Source: Dehalococcoidia bacterium | GTDB lineage: Bacteria > Chloroflexota > Dehalococcoidia > UBA2979 | DNA length: 64,000 bases | Reading direction: 5' to 3' | Assembly (NCBI GenBank): GCA_965219085.1 | Contig: OZ244720.1 | Coordinates: 2,048,001 to 2,112,000, forward strand | The notes under the pieces: generated by a model | Database searches by the model: none | The model's input: the letters and a program-made list of their open reading frames with translations, nothing else | What the model was told of the DNA's origin: nothing | Position numbers and translations under genes: made by a program | Part shown: one piece after another, positions 28,584-37,704 of the stretch | How the letters are laid out: every line of letters starts with the position of its first letter | Position numbering within the stretch: the stretch's first letter is position 1

Positions 28584-30713
28584 ATGGGCGTCGCCGCCCC
28601 TGCCACCTCGGGAGACCCCGTGCGCGACCGACGTTGTCAGAGCCTTCTACTCATAGCCCTCGTGGCGCTCGTGCTGTGCGCCGGGCTCGCGCCCGCGCGC
28701 GCCGGTGCGACCGAGGAGTCGGCTGACACAGCCGACGACGGCACGATCACGACGGTGCTACACCCCGGCTGGAACATGGTGGGCTGGGTTGGCCCGGAGA
28801 CGCCAACCTCCGAGCTCTTCGATCAGATCCCCGCGCTCGAACGCATCTACGCGTGGGACACCGAGGCCGACCGCTACCAGCGCTGGACGCGCACGCGCGA
28901 CTCCGGGAACGTTCGGCATCTGCTCACCGGCGACGGGCTCTGGCTGTACCTGGCAGGGGCTTCGCCCGTCGAGTGGGCACGCGAGGCTTCCGAGGACAGC
29001 GTGCTCCTCGACCTCCGCGCTGGTCGGAACCTTGTCGCCTGGGCTGGCCGCGACGGCACGCGGATCGAGGAGGCCACGGTTCGCTTCGGTGAGCGGCTGG
29101 TTCGCGCGTGGCGCTGGGACGCGGGGTCGCAGGCGTACGGCCTGTATCACCCGCACGCAGCCTCGAACTCGCTCACCGAACTCAATCATGGTGACGCGCT
29201 CCTGGTCGAGTTGACCGAGGACTCTCGATGGTGGCAATCGGGCACCGCTCCGCCCCCAATCGTGTTCGTTGGTGATGTGGCCGAGGATGACCAGGCTCAA
29301 GGTCGCTCGTTCGAGGACAGGGTCAGGGCTGTCTTTGCCGAACGCTGGTCTGTCGAGGCTCCTTCCACGACCTATGTCGGTGAAAGGAGCGACCTGACGG
29401 TAACGTACCAGTCGATCCGTGGTCGGCCGTTCCCGCAAGTTTGTGGGACCTACGGTCTCGGTATGATCTTCATCAGGCACGAATGCTTCGATGCGTACGT
29501 GCACGCTCACGAGTACTTTCATGCGATACAAGACCACTTGAGCGGGGGGACGTTCCTAACGACTCCACCATGGCTCTTCGAAGGAACCGCAACGTACGCT
29601 GAGCAACTCTACGTGGGAATCCATTCCGATACCGGGACCATCGGCGAGCAGCTCGATCGCTACCGGGATTGGGCCTGGTACGTGGTCGTCCGTAGCGGTC
29701 ACCCTTCACTGTCCGAAATTGGCTGGGCTGCGGCTCACCAAAGGGGCTTCCTGGCCGTCGATTGGCTTGTCAAACATTCCACCGAAGAATCCCCGATCGC
29801 GTTCTTCAGGCTGCTGCCTGACTCGGCGAACTGGGAGGAGGCATTCGAGGGCGCGTTCAGCATTGCGGTCGACGACTTCTACGAGGCGTTCGAGAAGCAC
29901 CGCGCCGAGGTCGCTCCACCCCACCCTCACCTGACGGATGGCCTCGAGGAGCCGGTGCTCGTGTTCGTGGGCGATGTTCCCGCCGACACCGAGGCTGCCA
30001 TCCGAGCAGAGTTTGATGCACTGCAGGCGTTCTTCATCGAGCGGCTCGGGGCAGGGACGGCCGACTACACCCTGTATGTCGGTGCCGACAGGGAGTCGGT
30101 GGTGGACACCCATGTACGGGTCTTCGGTACCGAACCGCACGAGAGATTCTGTTATCGCTCGATCGCCGGGATCGCGGCAGTCATCAACGTAGGCTGCCGC
30201 TCGCTAAATCCGTACGCGCTCGACTGGACGCACTTCCTCGACTGGACGCACTTCAGGGCCGTTCGCGAGGAGCTAGCGCCCCGGACTTCACTCCCACCGG
30301 TCCCAGAGGGGTTCGGCGGTCGAGGCCCCCATTGGCTCACAGGAGCGGCCGAGCCCTACGTGCAGCACGCGTACCGCGTTGCAAGGGGCCACGAGGAGCT
30401 CGGAGCCAGCCGGAGCGGGAACGTGGCCCAAGCCTCGCACACGGCGCGGCTACTCAGCAGCATGGCGACGCGCGACGGGTTCAACGAGGGCTTCTCGCAG
30501 TCGCGGGCGGTGGCGTTCCTCGCCGTCGAGTGGCTCGCCGAGCGTGCGGGCGACTCGTCCATTTTCGAGTACTACCGGCTGCTAGCCGACTCCGCGACCT
30601 GGCAGGACGCGTTCGAGGCCGCCTTCGGCCTCTCAGTCGACGAGTTCTACGAGGCGTTCGAGGCGCACCGCGCCGAGGTCGCACCACCGAGCGAGGGGGC
30701 CAGCTCGCCATAA
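28584..30713 (+). CDS. Secreted zincin-like metallopeptidase with an internally duplicated domain
   Basis: Signal peptide, GWNMVGW/GRNLVAW repeats, HEYFH..PPWLFEG. The second repeat lacks HEXXH. Confidence 0.7.
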   Translation: MGVAAPATSGDPVRDRRCQSLLLIALVALVLCAGLAPARAGATEESADTADDGTITTVLHPGWNMVGWVGPETPTSELFDQIPALERIYAWDTEADRYQRWTRTRDSGNVRHLLTGDGLWLYLAGASPVEWAREASEDSVLLDLRAGRNLVAWAGRDGTRIEEATVRFGERLVRAWRWDAGSQAYGLYHPHAASNSLTELNHGDALLVELTEDSRWWQSGTAPPPIVFVGDVAEDDQAQGRSFEDRVRAVFAERWSVEAPSTTYVGERSDLTVTYQSIRGRPFPQVCGTYGLGMIFIRHECFDAYVHAHEYFHAIQDHLSGGTFLTTPPWLFEGTATYAEQLYVGIHSDTGTIGEQLDRYRDWAWYVVVRSGHPSLSEIGWAAAHQRGFLAVDWLVKHSTEESPIAFFRLLPDSANWEEAFEGAFSIAVDDFYEAFEKHRAEVAPPHPHLTDGLEEPVLVFVGDVPADTEAAIRAEFDALQAFFIERLGAGTADYTLYVGADRESVVDTHVRVFGTEPHERFCYRSIAGIAAVINVGCRSLNPYALDWTHFLDWTHFRAVREELAPRTSLPPVPEGFGGRGPHWLTGAAEPYVQHAYRVARGHEELGASRSGNVAQASHTARLLSSMATRDGFNEGFSQSRAVAFLAVEWLAERAGDSSIFEYYRLLADSATWQDAFEAAFGLSVDEFYEAFEAHRAEVAPPSEGASSP

Positions 30714-30731
30714 CACGTCGAGCGAGGCGCG

Positions 30732-30760
30732 TTGACGGCCGCCGCGCCCGCACGTAGCCT
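30732..30760 (+). promoter_or_regulatory. sigma70 promoter TTGACG-N17-TAGCCT for the T-box leader
   Basis: Consensus spacing immediately upstream of stem I. Confidence 0.7.
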
Positions 30761-30766
30761 CGATCG

Positions 30767-31113
30767 CGACCGCTGGCGTATAGACGCACAGACGGAGATC
30801 GGGAGGAGTACGCCGCCACGCGGGGCCCAGAGAGCCGGGGCAAGGTGGAAGCCCGGCGCCTGTCAGCAGCGGCGGAATGGACCCGTGAGTCTCGGCCCGA
30901 ACGCCCTCCATCGAACCGATCGAGGGGGCCAGTAGGCACCGACGGTGTGGGCGCCGTTATCCATGCCCAGGGCATCGCCCCCGGCCTCGAGGGCTGTCGG
31001 CCGTGCCCCGAACGAGCGCGCACCGCCGTCTCCCATCCACGGGCTTGGGGCGGCGCGCGAAACTGGGTGGCACCGCGAGGACCATCGCCCCAGGGCGGTG
31101 GTCCCCTTTTTTT
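30767..31113 (+). ncRNA. T-box riboswitch, Trp specifier (UGG at 30878-30880)
   Basis: AGUA, AGAGA bulge, GGUGGAA loop, GAA-UGG-A specifier, CCGUUA, T-box GGGUGGCACCGCG, terminator plus U7; lies upstream of trpE. Confidence 0.92.
31079..31113 (+). terminator. T-box intrinsic terminator
   Basis: ggaccatcgcc-ccag-ggcggtggtcc followed by a T run. Confidence 0.88.
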
Positions 31114-31322
31114 GGGAGCTACGCGGTGCTGGAGCCACGCGCTGCGGACCGGGCGCACCGGCCGCGGGGAGGAACTGACGTGCATCACCAATACACCGCG
31201 TCGACGCGCCGTGTTTCGACGACGGGCCGCGCGTGGTGGTGGCGCACCACCTCGCACCGCCTACCCCTCGCCTGCACACGGGCCGCAGGCCCCCATGCCA
31301 GCCATACCTCGGGAGCCACGCG

Positions 31323-32822
31323 ATGACCTCCGCCACCGTCAGCATCACCACGCCCAGCCTCGACGAGGTCCGCGCCCTCGCCGCATCGGGTGAGGGCAAC
31401 ATCGTCGCGATCTACCGCGAGGTCCGCGCCGACCTCGAGACGCCCGTCTCGGCGTACCTCAAGGTCGCGCGCGGGCCCTACTCGTTCCTGCTCGAGTCCG
31501 TCGAGGGCGGCGAGCAGGTCGGCCGCTACTCGTTCATCGGCACCGAGCCGTACCGCGTCGAGGCGCTCGCCCACGAGGACGGCGACCCGCTGCTCGTGAT
31601 CGAGGAGGAACTGGGCCGCTACCACTCGATCCCCGTGCCGGGGCTGCCGCTCTTCCACGGCGGCGCCGTCGGCTACCTCGGCTACGAGTCGGTCGCGCAC
31701 TTCGAGCGCCTGCCGACCGTCGATCACGACGACCTCGGGCTGCCGGAGTCGTGGCTGATGTTCGCCGACACGCTGCTCGTGTTCGACCACGTCCGCCACG
31801 ACATCAAGGTGGTCTCCCACGTCCGCCTCGACGGTCACGAGGGGGCGCTGGAGGCGGAGTACGCACGCGCCGTCGACCGCATCGAGGCGCTCGTGCAGCG
31901 GCTGGAGGCGCCGCTGGCGGCGCTGCCGTACGTGCCGCTCGACGGGCCGGTCGGGCGCGCGGTCGAGTCGAACTGGCCGCGCGAGGACTACCTGCTCGCC
32001 GTCGAGCGCACGAAGCAGTACATCGTCGACGGCGACGTCATCCAGGCGGTGATCTCGCAGCGCTTCGGCCGCGAGACGGGCGCGCACCCGTTCGAGGTGT
32101 ACCGCTCGCTGCGCGCCATCAACCCCTCGCCGTACATGTACTACCTGCAGTACGGCGACCTCACGATCGTCGGCGCCTCGCCTGAGCTGCTCGTGAAGGT
32201 CGAGAACGGCAAGGTGGACGTGCACCCCATCGCCGGCACGCGACCGCGCACCGGCGACGCCGACGAGGACGCGCGCCTCGCCGCCGAGCTCGAGACCGAC
32301 CCCAAGGAGGTCGCCGAGCACGTGATGCTGCTCGACCTCGGGCGCAACGACGTCGGGCGCGTCGCCACCGCCGGCACCGTCGAGGTGACGCAGCGCCTGG
32401 ACCTCGAGTTCTACTCGCACGTCATGCACCTCGTGAGCCACGTGCAGGGGCAACTGCGCGAGGGCATGAGCGCGTACGACGCGTTGCGCTCGGCGTTCCC
32501 GGCGGGGACGGTCTCCGGCGCGCCGAAGATCCGCGCGATGGAGATCGTCGCCGAGCTCGAGCCGGTCCGGCGCGGGCCATACGCGGGGGCGGTCGGCTTC
32601 TTCGACCTCTCGGGCAACGTCGAGACGTGCATCACGATCCGCACGCTGGTGATGCGAGACGGGATGGCGTACGTGCAGGCCGGCGGCGGCATCGTCTACG
32701 ACTCGGACCCCGTGCGGGAGTTCGAGGAGACGCAGCACAAGGCCCGTGCGCTCCTCGCCGCCATCGACGACGCCGAGGAGCGCGGCGTACGCGACAGCGT
32801 GCCCGGGAGCCTGGGCTACTGA
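31323..32822 (+). CDS. trpE: Anthranilate synthase component I
   Basis: LLESVEGG, NPSPYM, PIAGT, EHVMLLDLGRND, GTVSGAPK. Confidence 0.95.
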   Translation: MTSATVSITTPSLDEVRALAASGEGNIVAIYREVRADLETPVSAYLKVARGPYSFLLESVEGGEQVGRYSFIGTEPYRVEALAHEDGDPLLVIEEELGRYHSIPVPGLPLFHGGAVGYLGYESVAHFERLPTVDHDDLGLPESWLMFADTLLVFDHVRHDIKVVSHVRLDGHEGALEAEYARAVDRIEALVQRLEAPLAALPYVPLDGPVGRAVESNWPREDYLLAVERTKQYIVDGDVIQAVISQRFGRETGAHPFEVYRSLRAINPSPYMYYLQYGDLTIVGASPELLVKVENGKVDVHPIAGTRPRTGDADEDARLAAELETDPKEVAEHVMLLDLGRNDVGRVATAGTVEVTQRLDLEFYSHVMHLVSHVQGQLREGMSAYDALRSAFPAGTVSGAPKIRAMEIVAELEPVRRGPYAGAVGFFDLSGNVETCITIRTLVMRDGMAYVQAGGGIVYDSDPVREFEETQHKARALLAAIDDAEERGVRDSVPGSLGY

Positions 32823-33985
32823 TGGTCGCCGACGAGCAGGGGCTGCCGATCGTGGCCGCGGTCGCGCTGCTGCGCGCCGACGGCCGAGTGCTGCTCGTGC
32901 GCCACACCGACAGCGCGCACCCCGGGGCCGCCGAGGGCCGCTGGACGCTCCCGGCCGAGCCGGTCGCCGACGACGAGGTGGTCGAGACGGCGCTGGCGCG
33001 GCTGCTCCAGCGGCGGCTGCACCTCGCCTCGGACGCTACTGAGTTCAGCGAGAGCGTCGGGCTGCCCGGCGCGATCGCCAACGTCTTCACCTGCGCAGAG
33101 TGGTCGGGCGACCCCGCCTACTCGGCGGACGACTACGCCGACGCAGCGTGGGCGGCGCCCCACGCGCCCGGCGGCGTCGACCTGCCCGAGGGCGTGCGCG
33201 CGTACCTCGCGAGCGCGTTCCCTGCGCCGCAGCTTCCAGGACGCGGGGATACCCCGCAGGTTCCGGCACGCGGGGATACCCCGCAGGCTCCTGCACGCGG
33301 GGATACCCCGCAGGCTCCTGCACGCGGGAATACCCCGCAGGCTCCTGCACGCGGGGATACCCCGCAGGCTCCTGCACGCGGGGATACCCCGCAGGTTGCT
33401 GGACGCGTCGTACCGGCCGTGAGCACGCCCACGACCGGCGCGCCGAAGAACCTCATCCGGCGGGAGGCGGCTCCGCCGACGGCCCCTCCACTGTGGTCGA
33501 TGACCCCGGACAGCCTCGTCGCGGAACTCGAGGAGGCACGCGAGGCGCTCACGGACGCCTACGCGCGCTTCGACGAGGCGTGGCTCGACGTCACCCTCGA
33601 CGGCGACTGGGCGCCCGTCGATCTCCTCGACCACTGCGCCACCGTCGAGGCGTACTACGCCTCGGAGGCGCGACGGCTCGCGGACGAGCCCGGCTACACA
33701 TGGCAGGGCTTCAACCCGGACCAGGGCGCCGCTGAGCGCGCAGGGCTCGCGAGGCCCGAGGACCGCGCGACGCGGGCCCGGCTGCAGTCGATCCGTGTCG
33801 ACACCCTGGCGTGGATCGAGGCGCTCGACAGCGAAGACCTCGCCGCCTACGGCAACCACGCCGAGCGCGGCGCGGTGCGGATCGGCGACCGGATCCAGGA
33901 GATCGCGAGACACGATCGCGAACACGCCGAACAACTCGCGGCGATGCTCGCCGCGACCGAAGCCGACGACGAGGACGGCGAGTGA
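32822..33985 (+). CDS. Degenerate NUDIX domain - repeat linker - DinB_2 domain fusion
   Basis: VLLVR..GRWTLP with the Nudix-box glutamates missing; DinB-type H..E and HDREH. TGATG coupling to trpE. Confidence 0.75.
   Translation: MVADEQGLPIVAAVALLRADGRVLLVRHTDSAHPGAAEGRWTLPAEPVADDEVVETALARLLQRRLHLASDATEFSESVGLPGAIANVFTCAEWSGDPAYSADDYADAAWAAPHAPGGVDLPEGVRAYLASAFPAPQLPGRGDTPQVPARGDTPQAPARGDTPQAPARGNTPQAPARGDTPQAPARGDTPQVAGRVVPAVSTPTTGAPKNLIRREAAPPTAPPLWSMTPDSLVAELEEAREALTDAYARFDEAWLDVTLDGDWAPVDLLDHCATVEAYYASEARRLADEPGYTWQGFNPDQGAAERAGLARPEDRATRARLQSIRVDTLAWIEALDSEDLAAYGNHAERGAVRIGDRIQEIARHDREHAEQLAAMLAATEADDEDGE
33241..33402 (+). repeat. Six tandem 27-bp palindromic units (acgcggggataccccgcagg + 7 nt), in frame
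   Basis: Units start at 33241, 33268, 33295, 33322, 33349 and 33376; each encodes RGDTPQAPA or a close variant. Confidence 0.97.
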
Positions 33986-34025
33986 TGCGCTCGCACCTCG
34001 AACGCATCATCACGAGGGGAGCACC

Positions 34026-34619
34026 ATGCTGCTGCTGATCGATAACTACGACTCGTTCACGTACAACCTCTACCAGTACCTGAGCGAGCTAGGCGAGGAC
34101 GTCGAGGTGGTCCGCAACGACGAGACCACCCCGAAGGACTGCCTGGCGATGGAGCCGGAGCGCATCGTCATCTCGCCCGGGCCGTGCACGCCCGCCGAGG
34201 CGGGGGTCTCCGTGGACCTCATCCTCGAGGCTGCGGGCAAGGTGCCGCTGCTCGGCGTGTGCCTCGGCCACCAGAGCATCGGCGCGGCGTTCGGGGCGCG
34301 CGTCGAGTCGGCGGGCGAGATCATGCACGGCAAGCTGTCGACCATCTCGCACGACGGGCAGGGCGTGTTCGAGGGCCTGCCCGAGCCGTTCGAGGCGATT
34401 CGATATCATTCGCTGGCGATCGCGCCGGACTCGCTGCCGGACGAGCTCGAGGTGACGGCGCGCGCGGAGAGCGGCGTGATCATGGGAGTGCGCCACCGCA
34501 CGCTGGCGATCGAGGGCGTGCAGTTCCACCCGGAGTCGATCATGACGGAGACCGGCCACGACCTGCTGCGCAACTTCCTCGCGATGGACGGGCCGCTGCG
34601 CGCGGCCCCGCCGGCGTAG
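34026..34619 (+). CDS. trpG: Anthranilate synthase component II (glutamine amidotransferase)
   Basis: IDNYDSFTYN, SPGP, GVCLGHQ, QFHPES. Confidence 0.95.
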   Translation: MLLLIDNYDSFTYNLYQYLSELGEDVEVVRNDETTPKDCLAMEPERIVISPGPCTPAEAGVSVDLILEAAGKVPLLGVCLGHQSIGAAFGARVESAGEIMHGKLSTISHDGQGVFEGLPEPFEAIRYHSLAIAPDSLPDELEVTARAESGVIMGVRHRTLAIEGVQFHPESIMTETGHDLLRNFLAMDGPLRAAPPA

Positions 34620-34636
34620 GGCGAGAGGCGGATCGA

Positions 34637-35017
34637 GTGGGCACGTTCAACGTCACCATCGAGGTCGCAGCCGGGCCGGAGGGCCCGTTCGAACCGATCG
34701 ACGCGATGGTCGATACGGGTGCGACGTTCACTGTTGCGCCAGGCTCGACCCTACGCAGGCTGGGCGTGGAACCGACCCGGCGTGTCGGGTTCGTCCTCGC
34801 CGACGGTAGTCGCAAAGAGCTAGACGCAGGGTGGGTGGTGATCCGTGTAGACGGGCAGGAGTCGCCTTCGCCCGTGGTCTTCGGCGAAGAGGGAGCTCCG
34901 CCGCTCCTTGGCGCGGTCACGCTGGAGGTGCTCCTGCTCAGTGTGGATCCGGTGAACCAGCGGCTTGTACCCGTCGATGCCTACATGCTCGGTCTGCAAC
35001 CAGGGAGCGGCTCATGA
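34637..35017 (+). CDS. Clan AA (retropepsin-like) aspartic protease
   Basis: VDTGA, LADG and LLG..TLE motifs. ATGA overlap with trpD. Confidence 0.85.
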   Translation: MGTFNVTIEVAAGPEGPFEPIDAMVDTGATFTVAPGSTLRRLGVEPTRRVGFVLADGSRKELDAGWVVIRVDGQESPSPVVFGEEGAPPLLGAVTLEVLLLSVDPVNQRLVPVDAYMLGLQPGSGS

Positions 35018-36036
35018 TTCGCGAGGCGATTGCGGCGCTGGTCGACGAGGGGCGCGACCTCAGCGAGGACGAGGCCGCCGCGGTCATGGACGAGATCATG
35101 CAGGCCGAGGCGACGCCCGCGCAGTTCGGCGCGTTCGTCCTCGCGCTGCGACAGAAGGGCGAGACCGTCGACGAGGTCGTCGGCATGGCGCGCGTCATGC
35201 GCGAGCACTCCCTCCACGTCCCCTTCGAGGGCCGCCCGCTGCTCGACACCTGCGGCACCGGCGGCTCCGGCCTCGGCACCTTCAACGTCTCGACGTCGGC
35301 GGCGTTCGTCGCCGCGGCGGCCGGGGCGAACGTTGCCAAGCACGGCAACCGAGCGATGACCTCGCAGTCCGGTTCGGCGGACCTGCTCGAGGCGCTCGGT
35401 GCGCAGATCGCGCTTGAGCCGGACCAGGTGGCGCGCTGCATCGAGCGCACGGGCGTGGGGTTCATGTTCGCGCAGTCGTTCCACCCCGCGATGGCCTTCG
35501 CGGCGCCGCTGCGACGCGAGATCGGCGTGCGCACCGTCTTCAACATCCTCGGTCCGCTCACCAACCCCGCCTCCGCCAACTGCCACGTGCTCGGCACGCC
35601 CAGCGAGGCGGTCGCCGAGTTGCTGGCGGGCGCGCTCGCCCGCCTCGGCGTGCGCCACGCGCTCGTGGCGAGCAGCGACGAGGGGATGGACGAGATCTCG
35701 GTCTCGGCCCCCTCCACGCTGTTCGAGGTGCGCGGTGACGCGGTCACGCGCAGGCGCGTCACCGTCCGCGACTTCGGCGTCGCCGAGCACGCGCTCGACG
35801 ACGTGCTGGGCGGCGACGCCGAGACCAACGCCGAGGCGCTGCGCGGGGTGCTGCGCGGCGACGGCTCCGCCGCGCTGCGTGACTTCATCGCCGTCAACGC
35901 GGGCGCCGGGCTGTACGTCTGCGGGCTCGCCGCCAATCTGCAGCAGGGGGCCGAGCAGGCGCTCGCGGCCATCGACGACGGCGGGGCGGCGGCGCGGGTC
36001 GGCGCGTTCGTCGAGGCGACGCGGCGCAGTGACTGA
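35014..36036 (+). CDS. trpD: Anthranilate phosphoribosyltransferase
   Basis: DTCGTGG, NVST, KHGNR, GSAD, GPLTNP, DE. Confidence 0.96.
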   Translation: MIREAIAALVDEGRDLSEDEAAAVMDEIMQAEATPAQFGAFVLALRQKGETVDEVVGMARVMREHSLHVPFEGRPLLDTCGTGGSGLGTFNVSTSAAFVAAAAGANVAKHGNRAMTSQSGSADLLEALGAQIALEPDQVARCIERTGVGFMFAQSFHPAMAFAAPLRREIGVRTVFNILGPLTNPASANCHVLGTPSEAVAELLAGALARLGVRHALVASSDEGMDEISVSAPSTLFEVRGDAVTRRRVTVRDFGVAEHALDDVLGGDAETNAEALRGVLRGDGSAALRDFIAVNAGAGLYVCGLAANLQQGAEQALAAIDDGGAAARVGAFVEATRRSD

Positions 36037-36916
36037 ACCAGCGGCCGACGCCGCGCGCGAGACCGGCACGGTCCTCGACCGCATCGTCGCCGACCGGCGG
36101 CTGCGGCTCGCGGAGGACCGGCAGGCCCGGCCGGAGGCCGCGCTCGCCGCACTGGCTGCGGCGCGGGCCGCGCCGGTAGGCTTCGCGAAACGGCTGCGTG
36201 AGGGCCGCGCGGCCTCGCCAGACGGGGCGCAACTGCGGCTCATCGCCGAGATCAAGCGCGCGTCGCCTTCGCGGGGCGTGATCAACGCCGACCTCGACGC
36301 AGCCGTGCAGGCTCGCGAGTACGCCGACGCAGGCGCGTCGGCGGTGTCGGTGCTCACGGAGCCGTCGTTCTTCGGTGGAAGCATCGAGGACCTCGCAGCT
36401 GCCGCGGACGTGGTGGCCGGTGACGCGGACCGCCCCGCGCTGCTACGCAAGGACTTCGTCTTCGACCCCTACCAGGTCGCCGAGGCGTGTGCGCACGGCG
36501 CGGACGCCGTGCTGCTCATCGTGATGATGCTCGACCCCTCGGCGCTCGCCGACCTCCTCGCCCTCACGCGCGAGCACGGCATGGAGGCGCTCGTCGAGGT
36601 GCACGACGCCGACGAGCTGGCCGCCGCGCTCGACGCGGGCGCGCGGGTGCTCGGCGTCAACAACCGCGACCTGCGCACGTTCGACGAGGACCTCGGCACA
36701 TTCGAGCGGCTCGCGCCGCTCGCGCTGGACGCCGCCGCGGACGTGACGCTCGTGGCGGAGTCGGCGATCGCCACCGCCACCGACGCCGGGCGCATGGCGA
36801 ACGCGGGCGCGCACGCGCTGCTCGTCGGCGAGGCGCTGGTGCGGTCGGGTGACGTGGCCGGCAAGGCGCACGAGCTGATGCTCGTGCCGACGCCGCAGCG
36901 GGCGCGCGCGCCGTGA
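36029..36916 (+). CDS. trpC: Indole-3-glycerol phosphate synthase
   Basis: IAEIKRASPS, SVLTE, LRKDF, GVNNRDL, AES. Confidence 0.95.
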   Translation: MTEPAADAARETGTVLDRIVADRRLRLAEDRQARPEAALAALAAARAAPVGFAKRLREGRAASPDGAQLRLIAEIKRASPSRGVINADLDAAVQAREYADAGASAVSVLTEPSFFGGSIEDLAAAADVVAGDADRPALLRKDFVFDPYQVAEACAHGADAVLLIVMMLDPSALADLLALTREHGMEALVEVHDADELAAALDAGARVLGVNNRDLRTFDEDLGTFERLAPLALDAAADVTLVAESAIATATDAGRMANAGAHALLVGEALVRSGDVAGKAHELMLVPTPQRARAP

Positions 36917-37659
36917 CCTTCGTCAAGATCTGCGGCAACCGCCAACCGGCCGACGTCGTCGCAGCCGCCGAGGCGGGGGCGGACTTCGTCGGGATCATCT
37001 TCGCCGACGCCCCTCGCCGCGTGGAGGTCGAGACCGCGCAGGCGATGGTGCGCGCGCTCGGCGGCCCCCTCGCTGCGCACGAGATCGCGATGCCGCCGCC
37101 CGCGCGGGGCCGCGCGCGCGAGGACGAGCGCGAGTGGTTCCAGCATGGCGCGCGCGTGCTGGAGGCGTACCTGGAGGCGAAGCGGCCGCTCACCGTGGGC
37201 GTCTTCGCCGATCAGCCGATCGATGAGGTCAACGAGATTGCACAGGAGACCGGTATCGACCTCGTGCAGCTCTCAGGCGACGAGACCTGGGAGGACTGCC
37301 TGCGCGTGATCAAGCAGACGATCCAGGTCGTCCACGTCTCGCCGCTCGATTCGCCCTCGGACCCGCTCGCGCGCGTCGAGCCGGGGTTTGCCATCGCGCT
37401 CATGCTCGACTCGGCGCACGGGCCGTACCGCGGCGGCAGCGGGCAGCCGTTCGACTGGGAGGTGGCGCGCGCCGTGGCGGCGGAGCTCCCGATGTTCCTC
37501 GCGGGCGGGCTCAACCCGGAGAACGTCGCGCGCGCGATCGACCAGGTCCACCCCTGGGCCGTCGACGTGTCGAGCGGGACGGAGCGCGATGGACGCAAGG
37601 ACCACGACCTCGTCCGTGCATTCGTCGAGGCGGTGCGCAGGCACGACGCCGGCGGGTAG
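36913..37659 (+). CDS. trpF: Phosphoribosylanthranilate isomerase
   Basis: VKICG, VGVF, GGSG..FDW, LAGGL, DVSSG. Confidence 0.93.
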   Translation: MTFVKICGNRQPADVVAAAEAGADFVGIIFADAPRRVEVETAQAMVRALGGPLAAHEIAMPPPARGRAREDEREWFQHGARVLEAYLEAKRPLTVGVFADQPIDEVNEIAQETGIDLVQLSGDETWEDCLRVIKQTIQVVHVSPLDSPSDPLARVEPGFAIALMLDSAHGPYRGGSGQPFDWEVARAVAAELPMFLAGGLNPENVARAIDQVHPWAVDVSSGTERDGRKDHDLVRAFVEAVRRHDAGG

Positions 37660-37704
37660 CGCGTCCTCGCGCGTTACGCTCGAGCGCCGTCGGTGGTGGG
37701 TGGG

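Noticed and set aside
33241-33402. CRISPR array (the units share CCCCGC...GCGGGGATA with type I-E repeats)
   Set aside because: No unique spacers: the 7-nt linkers are mostly identical. The period is 27 bp, the array is in frame within a CDS, and no cas genes are present.
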